From assembly GCA_963809895.1 (NCBI GenBank), contig CAWELD010000003.1, forward strand, positions 672,001 through 736,000: a stretch of 64,000 nucleotides of DNA, read 5' to 3'. Made by a program: the position numbers and the translations under genes. The DNA is from an uncultured Gemmatimonadales bacterium. Lineage in GTDB: Bacteria > Gemmatimonadota > Gemmatimonadetes > Longimicrobiales > Gaopeijiaceae. Positions 46,645 to 56,406 of the stretch are shown piece after piece (position 1 is the first letter of the stretch; every line of letters starts with the position of its first letter). The notes under the pieces were generated by a model. It searched no databases and had not been told where the DNA came from. It was given only the letters and a program-made list of their open reading frames with translations.

Positions 46645-48288
46645 GTGCCGAAAGTGCCTTTCGACAACCTCCCCGACGACGCCCGACTCTGGATCTTCCC
46701 GGCCGATCGGCCGCTGACCGGCGGTGATGCCGAGCGACTCCTGACACGGGTGGATGCGTTCCTCGCGGACTGGAAGGCCCATGGCCAGCCCCTGACCGCG
46801 GGCCGCGACTGGCGCGACGACCGCTTTCTCCTGGTGGCCGTGGACGAGCGCTCGGCGCCGCCCTCGGGGTGCTCCATCGACGCCCTCCTGGGCGTGCTCA
46901 AGGCGCTGGAGCCCGAGCTGGGCATGACCATCACGGATCACGGTCACGTGCAGTACCGCGACGACGGGGGCGAGGTGGCGTATGCGACCAGGGGGGACTT
47001 CGCGCGCCTCGCCGAGGAGGGCGCGGTCAGCACCGACACGCGCGTGTTCGACGCGACCCTCACCCGCCTGGGCCCGCTGCGCGAAGGTCGCTTCGAAGTG
47101 CCCGCCAGGGAGTCCTGGCACCGGAGAGCCTTCTTTCGCGGACTGGCCACGCTGGCCCTGGCATTCATCACCGGCCTCGGCGCGTGGGCCTGCGGAGAGG
47201 CGGCTGGTCCGGCTCCTGAAGAGGCGGGTTTCGTGACCACTCTGGGCCAGGACACCATGGCGGTGGAGCGTTTCCGGATCCGGCCCGGGCGTGTGGAAGC
47301 CGACGTCCTGCTGCGGAGTCCTCGAGTCACGTTGGGCCACTACGTCCTGGAAACCGACGAACAGGGTCGTCTTCAGCGCTATCAGGCCGAGATCCGTCCG
47401 CCGGATTCGCCCGAGGGGGCACCCGTGCGGAGCGAGACCATCGTGGCCGATCAGGGTGGCTACACCCGGACCGTGAGCTCCGACGACGGCGAGACCAGCG
47501 AGCCGTGGGAGGGGGATCCCATGGCGCTCCCCTTCATCGATCTGGCCCACTGGCCCTTCGAGGTCGCGCTGCGGCGGGCGGTCGACAGCCCCGCAGACAC
47601 GGTCGTGCAGCCGTTCTTCACCGGATCCAGGGGGATGAGCTACCGCCTCATCCGTCGCGGGGGAGGGGAGTGGGGCCTCCGGCATCCCACCCGGGGCACC
47701 AGCGCGGCCCGCGTGGACGCCCAGGGGCGGCTACTGTCACTGGATGGGTACGGCACGACCCGGGCACTGATCCTGGAGCGCACGGAATGGCTGGACCTCG
47801 AGCCGCTGGCCGCGGGGTTCGCCGGGCGCCCCACCGGCGAGCTGTCGGGCCGGGGCGAAGTGGAGGCCACGGTGGACGGCGCCACCCTGACCGTGGACTA
47901 CGGGCGTCCACAGAAGCGCGGCCGGGACATCTTCGGCACGCTGGTCGAGTACGGCAGCGTGTGGAGGACCGGCGCCAACATGGCCACGCACTTCTCCACG
48001 GATCGTGATCTCGAGCTCGCCGGCAGCCTGCGTGTGCCTGCCGGCGAGTACACCTTGTTCAGCATCCCCGGAGAGGATCGGGCGATCCTCATCGTCAACC
48101 GCCAGACCGGCCAGACCGGCACCGCCTACCAGGAAGAGCTCGATCTCGGGCGGGTCCCCATGCGGCGGGACACGCTGGACGATCCGGTGGAGACCTTCAC
48201 CATCGGCGTGCGGGACACCGACGACGGTGGCGTGCTCGAGCTGCTTTGGGATCGGACGGCGTACCGGGTGGCCTTCGAGGTGCGCTGA
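46645..48288 (+). CDS. Conserved hypothetical domain fused in frame to a DUF2911-type protein
   Basis: N-terminal ARLWIF..WKAHG..PSGCSID domain; internal RRAFF-hydrophobic-AWAC segment; C-terminal YGRPQKRGRDIFG..VWRTGAN..GEYTLFSIP. Confidence 0.7.
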   Translation: MPKVPFDNLPDDARLWIFPADRPLTGGDAERLLTRVDAFLADWKAHGQPLTAGRDWRDDRFLLVAVDERSAPPSGCSIDALLGVLKALEPELGMTITDHGHVQYRDDGGEVAYATRGDFARLAEEGAVSTDTRVFDATLTRLGPLREGRFEVPARESWHRRAFFRGLATLALAFITGLGAWACGEAAGPAPEEAGFVTTLGQDTMAVERFRIRPGRVEADVLLRSPRVTLGHYVLETDEQGRLQRYQAEIRPPDSPEGAPVRSETIVADQGGYTRTVSSDDGETSEPWEGDPMALPFIDLAHWPFEVALRRAVDSPADTVVQPFFTGSRGMSYRLIRRGGGEWGLRHPTRGTSAARVDAQGRLLSLDGYGTTRALILERTEWLDLEPLAAGFAGRPTGELSGRGEVEATVDGATLTVDYGRPQKRGRDIFGTLVEYGSVWRTGANMATHFSTDRDLELAGSLRVPAGEYTLFSIPGEDRAILIVNRQTGQTGTAYQEELDLGRVPMRRDTLDDPVETFTIGVRDTDDGGVLELLWDRTAYRVAFEVR

Positions 48289-48292
48289 CGGC

Positions 48293-51208
48293 TCAGGACC
48301 CTCCCGCCGCGCCCTGCTCGGCGGCCTTCTCGCCGGTGACCAGGTCCAGGCCCAGGCTCTTCCCCTTGAGCACCGCGGGCACGCCCTCTTCCATCCAGAC
48401 GGGCGAAGGCGCGTCCTTGAGGTAGTGGTCGAAGAACTGCTGCATGCGAATCGCCCAGTCCTTCCGGTCCGCCTCGCTGCGCAGCCCGTGCGGCTGGCCG
48501 TTGTAGTTGAGGAGCCACGCCGGCTTGTGCAGCCGACGCATGGCGCTGAACATCTCGATCCCCTGATACCAGGGCACCGCCGTGTCCGCGTCGTTGTGCA
48601 TCATGAGGAGCGGTGTCTCGATCTTGTCGGCCGTGAAGAGGGGCGAGTTCTCGATGTAGAGGAGGGGGGCCTCCCACAGCGAGCCGCCGATGCGTGACTG
48701 GGTGCGCTCGTACTGGAAGGCGCGACTCATGCCCGTGCCCCAGCGGATGCCACCGTATGCGCTGGTCATGTTGGCCACCGGGGCGCCGGCCTCGGCCGCG
48801 GCGAAGACGTTGGTCCGGGTCACCATGTAGGCGATCTGATACCCTCCCCACGAGTGTCCCTGCACGCCGATGCGTGCGGGGTCGACGAAGCCCTGCTCCA
48901 CCAGCGCCAGCACACCGGGGACCACCGCGTCCAGGGCGCTTTCACCGGGGTGACCGATCTCGTAGGGAATGTCAGGAACGAAGACCAGGTATCCTCGGCT
49001 CACGTAGAAGCTGAAGTTGATGCTCGAGCTTCCGGCCGCCGGGATGTGGTACCGGTGCAGCCCGTCCGACATGCGCTCGTAGAAGTACACGAGCATGGGA
49101 TACTGCTTCGAGGGATCGAAACCCTCCGGCTTGTAGAGGATGCCCTGAAGCGGGATGCCGTCGTTGGAGATCCACTCCGTGAGCTCCGCCGTGCCCCAGC
49201 GTACCTGGGACTGAAGCTCGGCATCGATGCTGGTCAGCTTGCGGCGCCCGCTCAGGTCGCTGCCGCTGACCCAGAGATCCGGGAAGTTCTCGAAGGTCTC
49301 CCGGGTGAAGAGCAACCGGTCGGCATCGTCCGCCTTGCGGGGGAACCCGAAGGAGGCATCCTCCAGCACCAGGCGCTGCGGGGGCCGGTCGCCGGTGACC
49401 CGATCCCTGTAGAACCCGTCCTGCTTGGTCTCGAGCTGGAATGCCGACAGCAGCAGGGGCGCATCCGTGGGGATGGTCTCCTCTTCCGGGTCCAGGCGAA
49501 CGTACCGGAAACGGAGGTCCTCACGGCGGCCCACGCCCTCGGTGATGTCGCGGGCGCGGGCGGGATCGCGGGGATCCACGGCCCAGATGTCGTGCTGGTC
49601 GTAGATGAGCACCATGCCGTCGTCGTCCGTCCAGCCCGCCATGCCGTAGCTCGACGGGGGCTGCGGATGGTCGTCCAGAACGTCGTAGACCGGCTGCGTG
49701 ACGGCGGCGGTCAGGTTCACCGGTTCACCGCCGACGGCCGGTCGTGCGAACCAGGCGCGCTCGCTCCCGTCCCACCAGTAGATCCACTGGCCTCCGGGTG
49801 ACAACGACGCGCCGTCCCGGATCGCCTCCTGGGCCATGTGTCGCTGCCCGGTCGCCACATCCACCAGCCACGCGTCCACGTAGCGCCCGTCCCAGCTGAT
49901 GAGTTGCCGATAGGGCCCGTCGTCGAGTGCCAGGGCCACGTCGGCGTCTCCGTCCTCACCCACGCGTACGTTCTCCAGCTCCGGTGTCTCGAGCTGCACG
50001 ACGTCGCCACCCGCGAAGGGCGCCCACGCCTGGTAGGTCCGGTTCAACTCGTCCTCGCGCTCCAGGAGCTGCATGGGCTGCAGATACGGGTCCTTCCAGT
50101 TCCAGACGTCGACCTCCACCTTCTCCTCGGGCAGCGGCTCGGGAGCGTCGTCGTCTTCCGGCTCCGGACGGGGGCGGGTTCCGAAGAAGACGCGCTCGCC
50201 GTTCCGGGACACCGACAGGCTTCCTTTCTGGGCGATCCACCACCCTGCGGGAATGCCCGCGGAGGCCGGAGTGGCCACGGCGTGCGCGGCGCCGCTGCCG
50301 TCGGCCGCGTACAGGGCGAACGCCGGCTGATCCGCCTCGCGATCGTCGCGGTCGCTCACGAAGGCCATGCGGTGCCCGTCGGGCTGGACCGCCAGGCCCA
50401 GATAGCGGCCGTCGCCGGTCAGGAGAGCCGAGGCTTCGCCCGACGCGGTCGAGACCCGGAACGCCCCGTCCGCATCGCCTTCCGGCGACGACGCCGTGTA
50501 GTAGAGGAGCGCTCCATCGTCACTGAAGCGGTAGTCGGCCACGTGCTCGTAGCGGTGCTCGGCGCCCTCGGTCAGGGTGCGGAGGACCAGGGTGGTGCCG
50601 GGGTCGAGCCGCGGCTTCTTCTTCTCGGTTTCCTCTTCACCGGCCTGCTGCTCTTCGCCGCGCCGGCCCTGCTGGTCACGGGTCGAATCGGCGGCGGGCT
50701 CCTTCTCCAGCAGGTAGGCCAGCACGGCCCCGTCGTCGGGTAGCCGGAAGGACTTCACCCGCGCCACGCGCGTGATCCCCCCCTCCTGAACGGTCCCGTC
50801 GGCGCCGAAGGCCCGTGACAGGTCCACGATCACCAGGGAGTCCTTCGGCAGGGCGTCGGATTTCACCTTGGCCCGTCGCAGCGCCTTCACGGTGTCCTGG
50901 GCCGGGCTCACCGATGCGACCACGAAGCGATTGTCGCCGGTGAATCGGGGGCCGGTGCCGCGGGCGATGCTCAGCGAGGCGTCGCCGTCGACGCTTCGGA
51001 TCACGAGGGTCCCGTCGCCGTCGCCGGGCTGGACCACGTACGCGAGCCACTCGCCGTCTGGCGACAGCGACCGGTCACTGATGCGCTGCCAGCGGTCGTA
51101 ATCCTCGTGCTGGAGGGGTCGCTTGGTGGTCTGGGCGGCAACCGTGGACACGGCAGCGAGAGAAAGGACCAGGACGGTGGTGGCCGTGCGTCGCAGGATC
51201 GGTAGCAT
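48293..51208 (-). CDS. Secreted S9 prolyl oligopeptidase family protein
   Basis: Signal peptide, propeller region, GHSWGG, HNDADTAVPW, HGL. Confidence 0.92.
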   Translation of the reverse strand: MLPILRRTATTVLVLSLAAVSTVAAQTTKRPLQHEDYDRWQRISDRSLSPDGEWLAYVVQPGDGDGTLVIRSVDGDASLSIARGTGPRFTGDNRFVVASVSPAQDTVKALRRAKVKSDALPKDSLVIVDLSRAFGADGTVQEGGITRVARVKSFRLPDDGAVLAYLLEKEPAADSTRDQQGRRGEEQQAGEEETEKKKPRLDPGTTLVLRTLTEGAEHRYEHVADYRFSDDGALLYYTASSPEGDADGAFRVSTASGEASALLTGDGRYLGLAVQPDGHRMAFVSDRDDREADQPAFALYAADGSGAAHAVATPASAGIPAGWWIAQKGSLSVSRNGERVFFGTRPRPEPEDDDAPEPLPEEKVEVDVWNWKDPYLQPMQLLEREDELNRTYQAWAPFAGGDVVQLETPELENVRVGEDGDADVALALDDGPYRQLISWDGRYVDAWLVDVATGQRHMAQEAIRDGASLSPGGQWIYWWDGSERAWFARPAVGGEPVNLTAAVTQPVYDVLDDHPQPPSSYGMAGWTDDDGMVLIYDQHDIWAVDPRDPARARDITEGVGRREDLRFRYVRLDPEEETIPTDAPLLLSAFQLETKQDGFYRDRVTGDRPPQRLVLEDASFGFPRKADDADRLLFTRETFENFPDLWVSGSDLSGRRKLTSIDAELQSQVRWGTAELTEWISNDGIPLQGILYKPEGFDPSKQYPMLVYFYERMSDGLHRYHIPAAGSSSINFSFYVSRGYLVFVPDIPYEIGHPGESALDAVVPGVLALVEQGFVDPARIGVQGHSWGGYQIAYMVTRTNVFAAAEAGAPVANMTSAYGGIRWGTGMSRAFQYERTQSRIGGSLWEAPLLYIENSPLFTADKIETPLLMMHNDADTAVPWYQGIEMFSAMRRLHKPAWLLNYNGQPHGLRSEADRKDWAIRMQQFFDHYLKDAPSPVWMEEGVPAVLKGKSLGLDLVTGEKAAEQGAAGGS

Positions 51209-51364
51209 GACGAGTCGGGGCAGGAGGCACTCGTGGGCCCGGGGGAGGGGTCCGGACCCGACTTCAGTGGGCGAGACCATAGAGGTCAGGCTAGGTGATG
51301 AATGACCCCTGAGCAACCGCCAGCGTTGAGGAGTCGCCGGCCGCTCGCCTCTCGGTACGAGCAA

Positions 51365-51401
51365 GAGCGCCGCCCCGGCGCTCCTGGCCGGGGCGGCGCT
51401 C
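51365..51401 (-). terminator. 14-bp hairpin downstream of the cold-shock gene
   Basis: GAGCGCCGCCCCGG / CCGGGGCGGCGCTC. Confidence 0.7.
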
Positions 51402-51442
51402 CGAAACCTCTCCGGACCTGCCGGAGCGGTGGGGTGACGCGA

Positions 51443-51655
51443 TCAGGCGCCCACGCGCGCGACGTTCTCGGCTGCGGGCCCCTTGGGGCCCTCGACCATG
51501 TCGAACTCCACGCGGTCACCTTCGGCCAGGGACTTGAACCCGTCGCCCTGGATCGCGGAGTAATGCACGAAGCAGTCCCGGTCCCCCTCCTCGGGAGAGA
51601 TGAATCCGAATCCCTTCGCGTCGTTGAACCACTTCACCGTTCCGGTGGTCCGCAT
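51443..51655 (-). CDS. csp: Cold-shock protein
   Basis: [33 protein letters not shown]. Confidence 0.97.
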   Translation of the reverse strand: MRTTGTVKWFNDAKGFGFISPEEGDRDCFVHYSAIQGDGFKSLAEGDRVEFDMVEGPKGPAAENVARVGA

Positions 51656-51801
51656 GCTGCCTGCTCCATCCGTGAATCAGAATGCAGGGACGCCGCGCAC
51701 ACGACATCCCACGTCCGCGTTGGCGACCCCCCGGGGGGCCACCGTGGGCACAGGGTACCCGGCTCGTGCCGTGCCGGTCAAGTGACGCGCGTGCGGTCGC
51801 T

Positions 51802-53313
51802 TCAATCCACCTTGGCCGTGACCCGCTTGAAGACGGGGCTCAGAAGGAGCGCCACCAACCCGGCCGCGCCGACGAACAGGGCGACGGTCCGGAAGAGATC
51901 CGTCGGGGGCAGCGTCTCCAACTGTCCGGCCATGAGCCCGGCGAACACGTTCCCCAGCGCCGCCCCTACGAACCAGATGCCCATCATCTGACCCACGCGG
52001 CCCTGTGGCGCGAGCTTGGTGATGGCCGACAGACCCACCGGCGAGATGGTCAGCTCTCCGCAGGTGTGCAGGAAGTAGGTGACCACGAGCCAGGCCGGCG
52101 ACACCAGGTTGCCGTTGGCCGAGTTGGCGGCACCCCAGGAGATGACGAAGAAGCCGGCGGCGAGCCCCAGGAGGCCCAACCCGAACTTCACCGGCGTCGA
52201 CGGATTCGCCTTGCGCTGTGCCAGCCACACCCAGAGCGAGCCGAACACCGGCGCCAGCAGGATGATGAGGATGGGATTGATGGATTGGAGGAAGGAGGCG
52301 GGCATCTCCCATCCGAAGACCATGCGGTCCGTGCGCTCGGCGCCGAAGAGGTTCAGCGACGAGCCCGCCTGCTCGAAGCCGGACCAGAAGATGGCGATGA
52401 GCACGAACAGCCACAGGATCACGCCCAGGCGCTTCTTCTCCTCCGTGGTGTGGCCTCCGAAGAGGACCAGGTAGAGGAAATAGATGGCGACGATCACGAG
52501 GATCCCCACGCCCAGGGCGGTGGCGATCTGCGGCAGCGTCACGGGGATCACGCCCCGGGACACCAGCACACCGAAGACGGCCAGGAGCGCCACCAACCCG
52601 AAGAATCCCCCGAAGAACTTGCGGGCCATGGCCGAGACCTGGCTCGCCGAGCGCTCCGTGTGCAACGTCCCGGCGTCGCCGAGATACTTGTCGCCGGCGC
52701 GGTACTGGATCAGGCCCAGCACCATCCCGATTCCGGCCAGCGAGAATCCCCAGTGCCAGTTGTAGCCCTCGCCGAAGAAGCCGGTCACGAGCGGGCCGAT
52801 GAACGCCCCGAGGTTGATCCCCATGTAGAACACGGAGAACCCGGCGTCACGGCGCGCGCCGCCCTCCGGGTACAGCTCCCCGACCATGGTGCTCACGTTG
52901 GGCTTGAGCAGGCCGGTGCCGGTGACGATCAGGATCAGCCCGAGAAAGAAGGTGACGTCGCCGGGGATCGCCATGCTGAAGTGGCCCGCGGCGATGATGC
53001 ACCCGCCCACGAAGACCGCTTTGCGTTGACCCCAGAGGTTGTCGGCGACCCAGCCCCCCGGCAGCGCCAGCAGGTAGACCATGCCGGTGTAGAGCCCGTA
53101 GATGGCCGCGGCGGTGCCCACGTCCATCCCCATGCCCGGGTTCTCGCCCATGGTGGCGGCGGTCATGAAGAGGATGAGCAGGGCGCGCATCCCGTAGTAC
53201 GAGAAACGCTCCCACATCTCCGTGAAGAAGAGCGTGGCCAGGCCGCGCGGATGACCGAAGAATGTCGGTCCGCGCTGAACCGGGCCGCCCTGGGCCGTAG
53301 CGCTGGTGCTCAA
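51802..53313 (-). CDS. POT/PTR di-/tripeptide:H+ symporter
   Basis: GHPRGL, EMWERFSYYGMR, FYMGINLG, ELTISPVGLS. Confidence 0.95.
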   Translation of the reverse strand: MSTSATAQGGPVQRGPTFFGHPRGLATLFFTEMWERFSYYGMRALLILFMTAATMGENPGMGMDVGTAAAIYGLYTGMVYLLALPGGWVADNLWGQRKAVFVGGCIIAAGHFSMAIPGDVTFFLGLILIVTGTGLLKPNVSTMVGELYPEGGARRDAGFSVFYMGINLGAFIGPLVTGFFGEGYNWHWGFSLAGIGMVLGLIQYRAGDKYLGDAGTLHTERSASQVSAMARKFFGGFFGLVALLAVFGVLVSRGVIPVTLPQIATALGVGILVIVAIYFLYLVLFGGHTTEEKKRLGVILWLFVLIAIFWSGFEQAGSSLNLFGAERTDRMVFGWEMPASFLQSINPILIILLAPVFGSLWVWLAQRKANPSTPVKFGLGLLGLAAGFFVISWGAANSANGNLVSPAWLVVTYFLHTCGELTISPVGLSAITKLAPQGRVGQMMGIWFVGAALGNVFAGLMAGQLETLPPTDLFRTVALFVGAAGLVALLLSPVFKRVTAKVD

Positions 53314-53382
53314 GTGCCGTCCTCCGTCGGGGTCGCGTTCGGACAGGAGGATCGCAAGACGCCCCTGCCGGATCGCAGCAAC

Positions 53383-54399
53383 CTAGGACGGAGAGAGCGC
53401 TCCGGCCAGGAAACGGGCCGCAGACTCTTCGGCCCAGAAGCGCGGCCGCCCGGGAGAGCCGGCGACGAAGCCGACGTGTCCTCCCCGTGGAGTCAGGACC
53501 GGGTGGAGGCACGGGTTCGAGCGCATCGCCTCGACCGGCACCGCATCCTGCGGCAGGAACGGATCGTCCATGCTGTGCAGGAGGAGCGTGGGCACCCGGA
53601 TGCCGGAGAGAAAGCGCGCGGAGCTGCACTGGCGGTAGTAGTGGGACGCTCCGTGGAAGCCGTGGACCGGCGCCGTCACCTCCTCGTCGAACGCCCGGAT
53701 CGTGCGGACGTCGTCCAGCGCGTCCAATGTCACCTGATCCGCCAGCAGATGGGCCTTCTCTCGCACCTTCGTCATCAGGGAGCGCAGGAAATAGCGCGTG
53801 TACAGGCGCCCGAAGAGGCCGCGCTCCAGCTTGGCGGCGCCGGCGGCGAGATCATAGGGCACCGAGATGGCCACGGCGGCCCCGACCAGCGCCTTCCCTC
53901 CGTCGTCGCGCTCCCCCAGGAGCTTGAGGAGAACGTTGCCGCCGAGAGAGAACCCCATCACGCCGAGTGGCCGTCCTGGATGCCGCTCCTGGAGCCGAGC
54001 CAGGACCCAAGCCGGGTCCTCCGTCTCGCCCGAGTGATAGGAGCGCGCGCGACGGTTGGGCTCGCCTCCGCAGGAACGGAAGTTGAGCCCCACCGGCGCC
54101 ATGCCCCGGGCCAGGAGCGCCTGGTAGGCGAGCATGCAGTAGCCGCGGCGCGCCGACCCTTCGAGTCCGTGGAGGACCAGGACGATAGGAGCGCCCGGCC
54201 CCGGATCGGGACCGAAATCGAGATCCAGGAAATCCCCGTCGGGGGTCTCCCAGCGGACGCGTTTCAGCGTCACCCCCCTCGTCTGACGAAGGAACTTTCC
54301 CGCCAACGTCTGCGAATGTGCGCCCAGGGCCCACCAGGCGGGTCGGAAGGCGCGGGGCAGCGCCGAGGGCGAGACGGGGTACAGGCCGGGCTCTCCCAC
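53383..54399 (-). CDS. YheT-family alpha/beta hydrolase
   Basis: DGDFLDLD, HGLEGS, NFRSC, GFSLGG, DDPF, GGHVGF. Confidence 0.9.
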   Translation of the reverse strand: MGEPGLYPVSPSALPRAFRPAWWALGAHSQTLAGKFLRQTRGVTLKRVRWETPDGDFLDLDFGPDPGPGAPIVLVLHGLEGSARRGYCMLAYQALLARGMAPVGLNFRSCGGEPNRRARSYHSGETEDPAWVLARLQERHPGRPLGVMGFSLGGNVLLKLLGERDDGGKALVGAAVAISVPYDLAAGAAKLERGLFGRLYTRYFLRSLMTKVREKAHLLADQVTLDALDDVRTIRAFDEEVTAPVHGFHGASHYYRQCSSARFLSGIRVPTLLLHSMDDPFLPQDAVPVEAMRSNPCLHPVLTPRGGHVGFVAGSPGRPRFWAEESAARFLAGALSPS

Positions 54400-54401
54400 G
54401 C

Positions 54402-54970
54402 TCAGGGCGCCCCGTGATGGATCGGGCCCACGGGGGTTCCAGTGCCAGGATGCGCTCGGCCACCGGACAGCCGTCGACGTGGGCGCCGGGCAGGTATCCC
54501 GTGCTGGTGAGGAACTCCCCGGTGATCTCGCCCCCGGTGAAACGGAAGGTCTTGCGGAAGAGCCGGACCCACTCGGCGCGCGGCCGAGGATGGTGGGCGT
54601 CGAGCCAGTCGGCGAAGGAGCCGTAGTCGGTGCGCAGGTCGAGAATGACGCCGGCGTTGTGGATCGCGGCAGCCACCTTCAGACGATTGCGCACGATGGC
54701 GGGGTCGGCGAGCAGGCGCCTCCGCTCCACGTCTCCATAGGCAGCGACCCGTTCCACCGAGAAGCCGTCGTAGGCCCGCCGGAAGCCCTCGCGCTTCTTG
54801 AGAATGGTGAGCCAGGAGAGGCCCGCCTGGTTGATCTCGAGCACGAGCCGCTCGAACAGGCCGTCGTCGCTTCTGAGGGGAAAGCCGTACTCGGTGTCGT
54901 GATACGGCCCGTGCCACGGATGGCCTCGGGCCGCTGCGCAGTAGCTGTCGGGTGTCTCCGGTGCATCCAT
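54402..54970 (-). CDS. tag: DNA-3-methyladenine glycosylase I (3' end uncertain, possible frameshift)
   Basis: YHDTEYG, FERLVLEINQAGLSW..ILKKR, RNRLK, GAHVDGC; as read, the frame runs ~550 nt into the hydrolase gene. Confidence 0.85.
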
Positions 54971-55069
54971 GCACTCAATGTCGCAGACGGCGCCCGTCGG
55001 TGAAACCGGGTCGGGGAGACGGTCGTAGGGGCCGGCGTGCGAGGGTGTGTGACCTCACAGGGAGTGACG

Positions 55070-56329
55070 ATGGGGATGATGCGATACGGTTACGTGGCTT
55101 TTGCCGCGGGAGCGCTGGCTCTGGCTCCCCGGCCCGCCCACGCCCAGGACCAGGACCGCCTCTACGGTCAGGTCCGCACCGCTTCGGGTGAGGTGTACGA
55201 GGGATACATCCGCTGGGACCGGAACGAAGGTGGCTGGGTCGATCTGCTCGACGGTAGCAAGGAGCTGGACCAGGAGCTGCTGGCATCGGTGGGTGAGGAG
55301 GACGAGTCCAGCCGCGAACGCAGCGTGGAATTCCTCGGCGTCCGCATCAGCTGGGAAGAAGACGACGACCTGCCGTCGTCGGCCGAGGCGGGCCTGCGCT
55401 TCGGGCACCTGCGCAGTCTGCGGGTCACCGGCGACGACCGGGCGATGCTGACCCTCAAGTCCGGCGAGAAGGTGGAGTTGTTCGGTGGCTCCACGGATCT
55501 CGGCGACGACATGCGCGAGCTGGTGATCGACGATCCGTCTCGCGATCTGGTGGAGCTGGCCTGGCGCGATCTCGACCGCATCGACTTCATGGCCGTGCCC
55601 GCTGGCGCGCCCGCTCCCCGCTCCCGACGGCTCTATGGCACCACCGAGGATCGCTGGGGCAATCGCTACACCGGCTACCTGGCCTGGGACCTGGACGAGA
55701 TCCTGGGCTCCGACATCCTCGACGGAGAGGAGCGGGGCCACGACAGGGACATTCCCTTCGACCGCATCGAAGGGATCGAGCGGGAGAGCTCGCGCTCGGC
55801 CCGGGTGTTTCTCAGGGGTGGCGAAGAGGTCGTGCTCACCGGGACCAACGACGTAGGCGAGGGTCACCGCGGCGTCCAGATCTCGGACCCCGCGCTGGGG
55901 CAGGTCGACGTGGGTTGGGACGAGTTGGCGTCGGTGCGCTTCCAGGATCCGCCGCCGGCCGCGTCGTTGGGCGCGGACTACGACGCGTTCGGCCGGGGTT
56001 GGCGCTTGCGCGGCACCGTGGAGACCGAAGACGGCGAGCGCTACAGCGGCCAGGTGGTGTGGGATGTCGACGAGTCCTGGTCGTGGGAGATCCTCGACGG
56101 GAACTGGCGTGACGAGAGCTTCGACATCGAGCTGGGCAAGGTGGATCGGATCGAGAAGCGCTCCTCACGGAGCGCCGAGGTCACCCTCCTGGACGGGCGC
56201 TCGTTCGAGCTCGAAGGCTCCAACGACGTGGACCGCACCAACAAGGGGATCGTGGTGGAGCTGGACGACGGGGGCAGGGTGGTGGTGGACTGGGAGCGTT
56301 TTCGCAGCGTGACCTTCGAGCGTCCGTAG
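55070..56329 (+). CDS. Secreted hypothetical protein with three tandem ~105-130 aa beta-rich repeats
   Basis: Signal peptide ending AHA; repeat starts RLYGQV..YEGYIRWD, RLYGTT..YTGYLAWD, RLRGTV..YSGQVVWD. Confidence 0.75.
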   Translation: MGMMRYGYVAFAAGALALAPRPAHAQDQDRLYGQVRTASGEVYEGYIRWDRNEGGWVDLLDGSKELDQELLASVGEEDESSRERSVEFLGVRISWEEDDDLPSSAEAGLRFGHLRSLRVTGDDRAMLTLKSGEKVELFGGSTDLGDDMRELVIDDPSRDLVELAWRDLDRIDFMAVPAGAPAPRSRRLYGTTEDRWGNRYTGYLAWDLDEILGSDILDGEERGHDRDIPFDRIEGIERESSRSARVFLRGGEEVVLTGTNDVGEGHRGVQISDPALGQVDVGWDELASVRFQDPPPAASLGADYDAFGRGWRLRGTVETEDGERYSGQVVWDVDESWSWEILDGNWRDESFDIELGKVDRIEKRSSRSAEVTLLDGRSFELEGSNDVDRTNKGIVVELDDGGRVVVDWERFRSVTFERP

Positions 56330-56406
56330 GAACCCGACACGGGTGGGACGTGTCTCTTCACGACGTGTGCCGTCCCGCCGTCCGTGGATCGAGGGAGTGA
56401 GATGAG

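Noticed and set aside
53852..54401. Long C-terminal extension of Tag overlapping the YheT-like gene
   Set aside because: Low-complexity alternative-frame sequence; a probable indel near 54410-54420 explains it.
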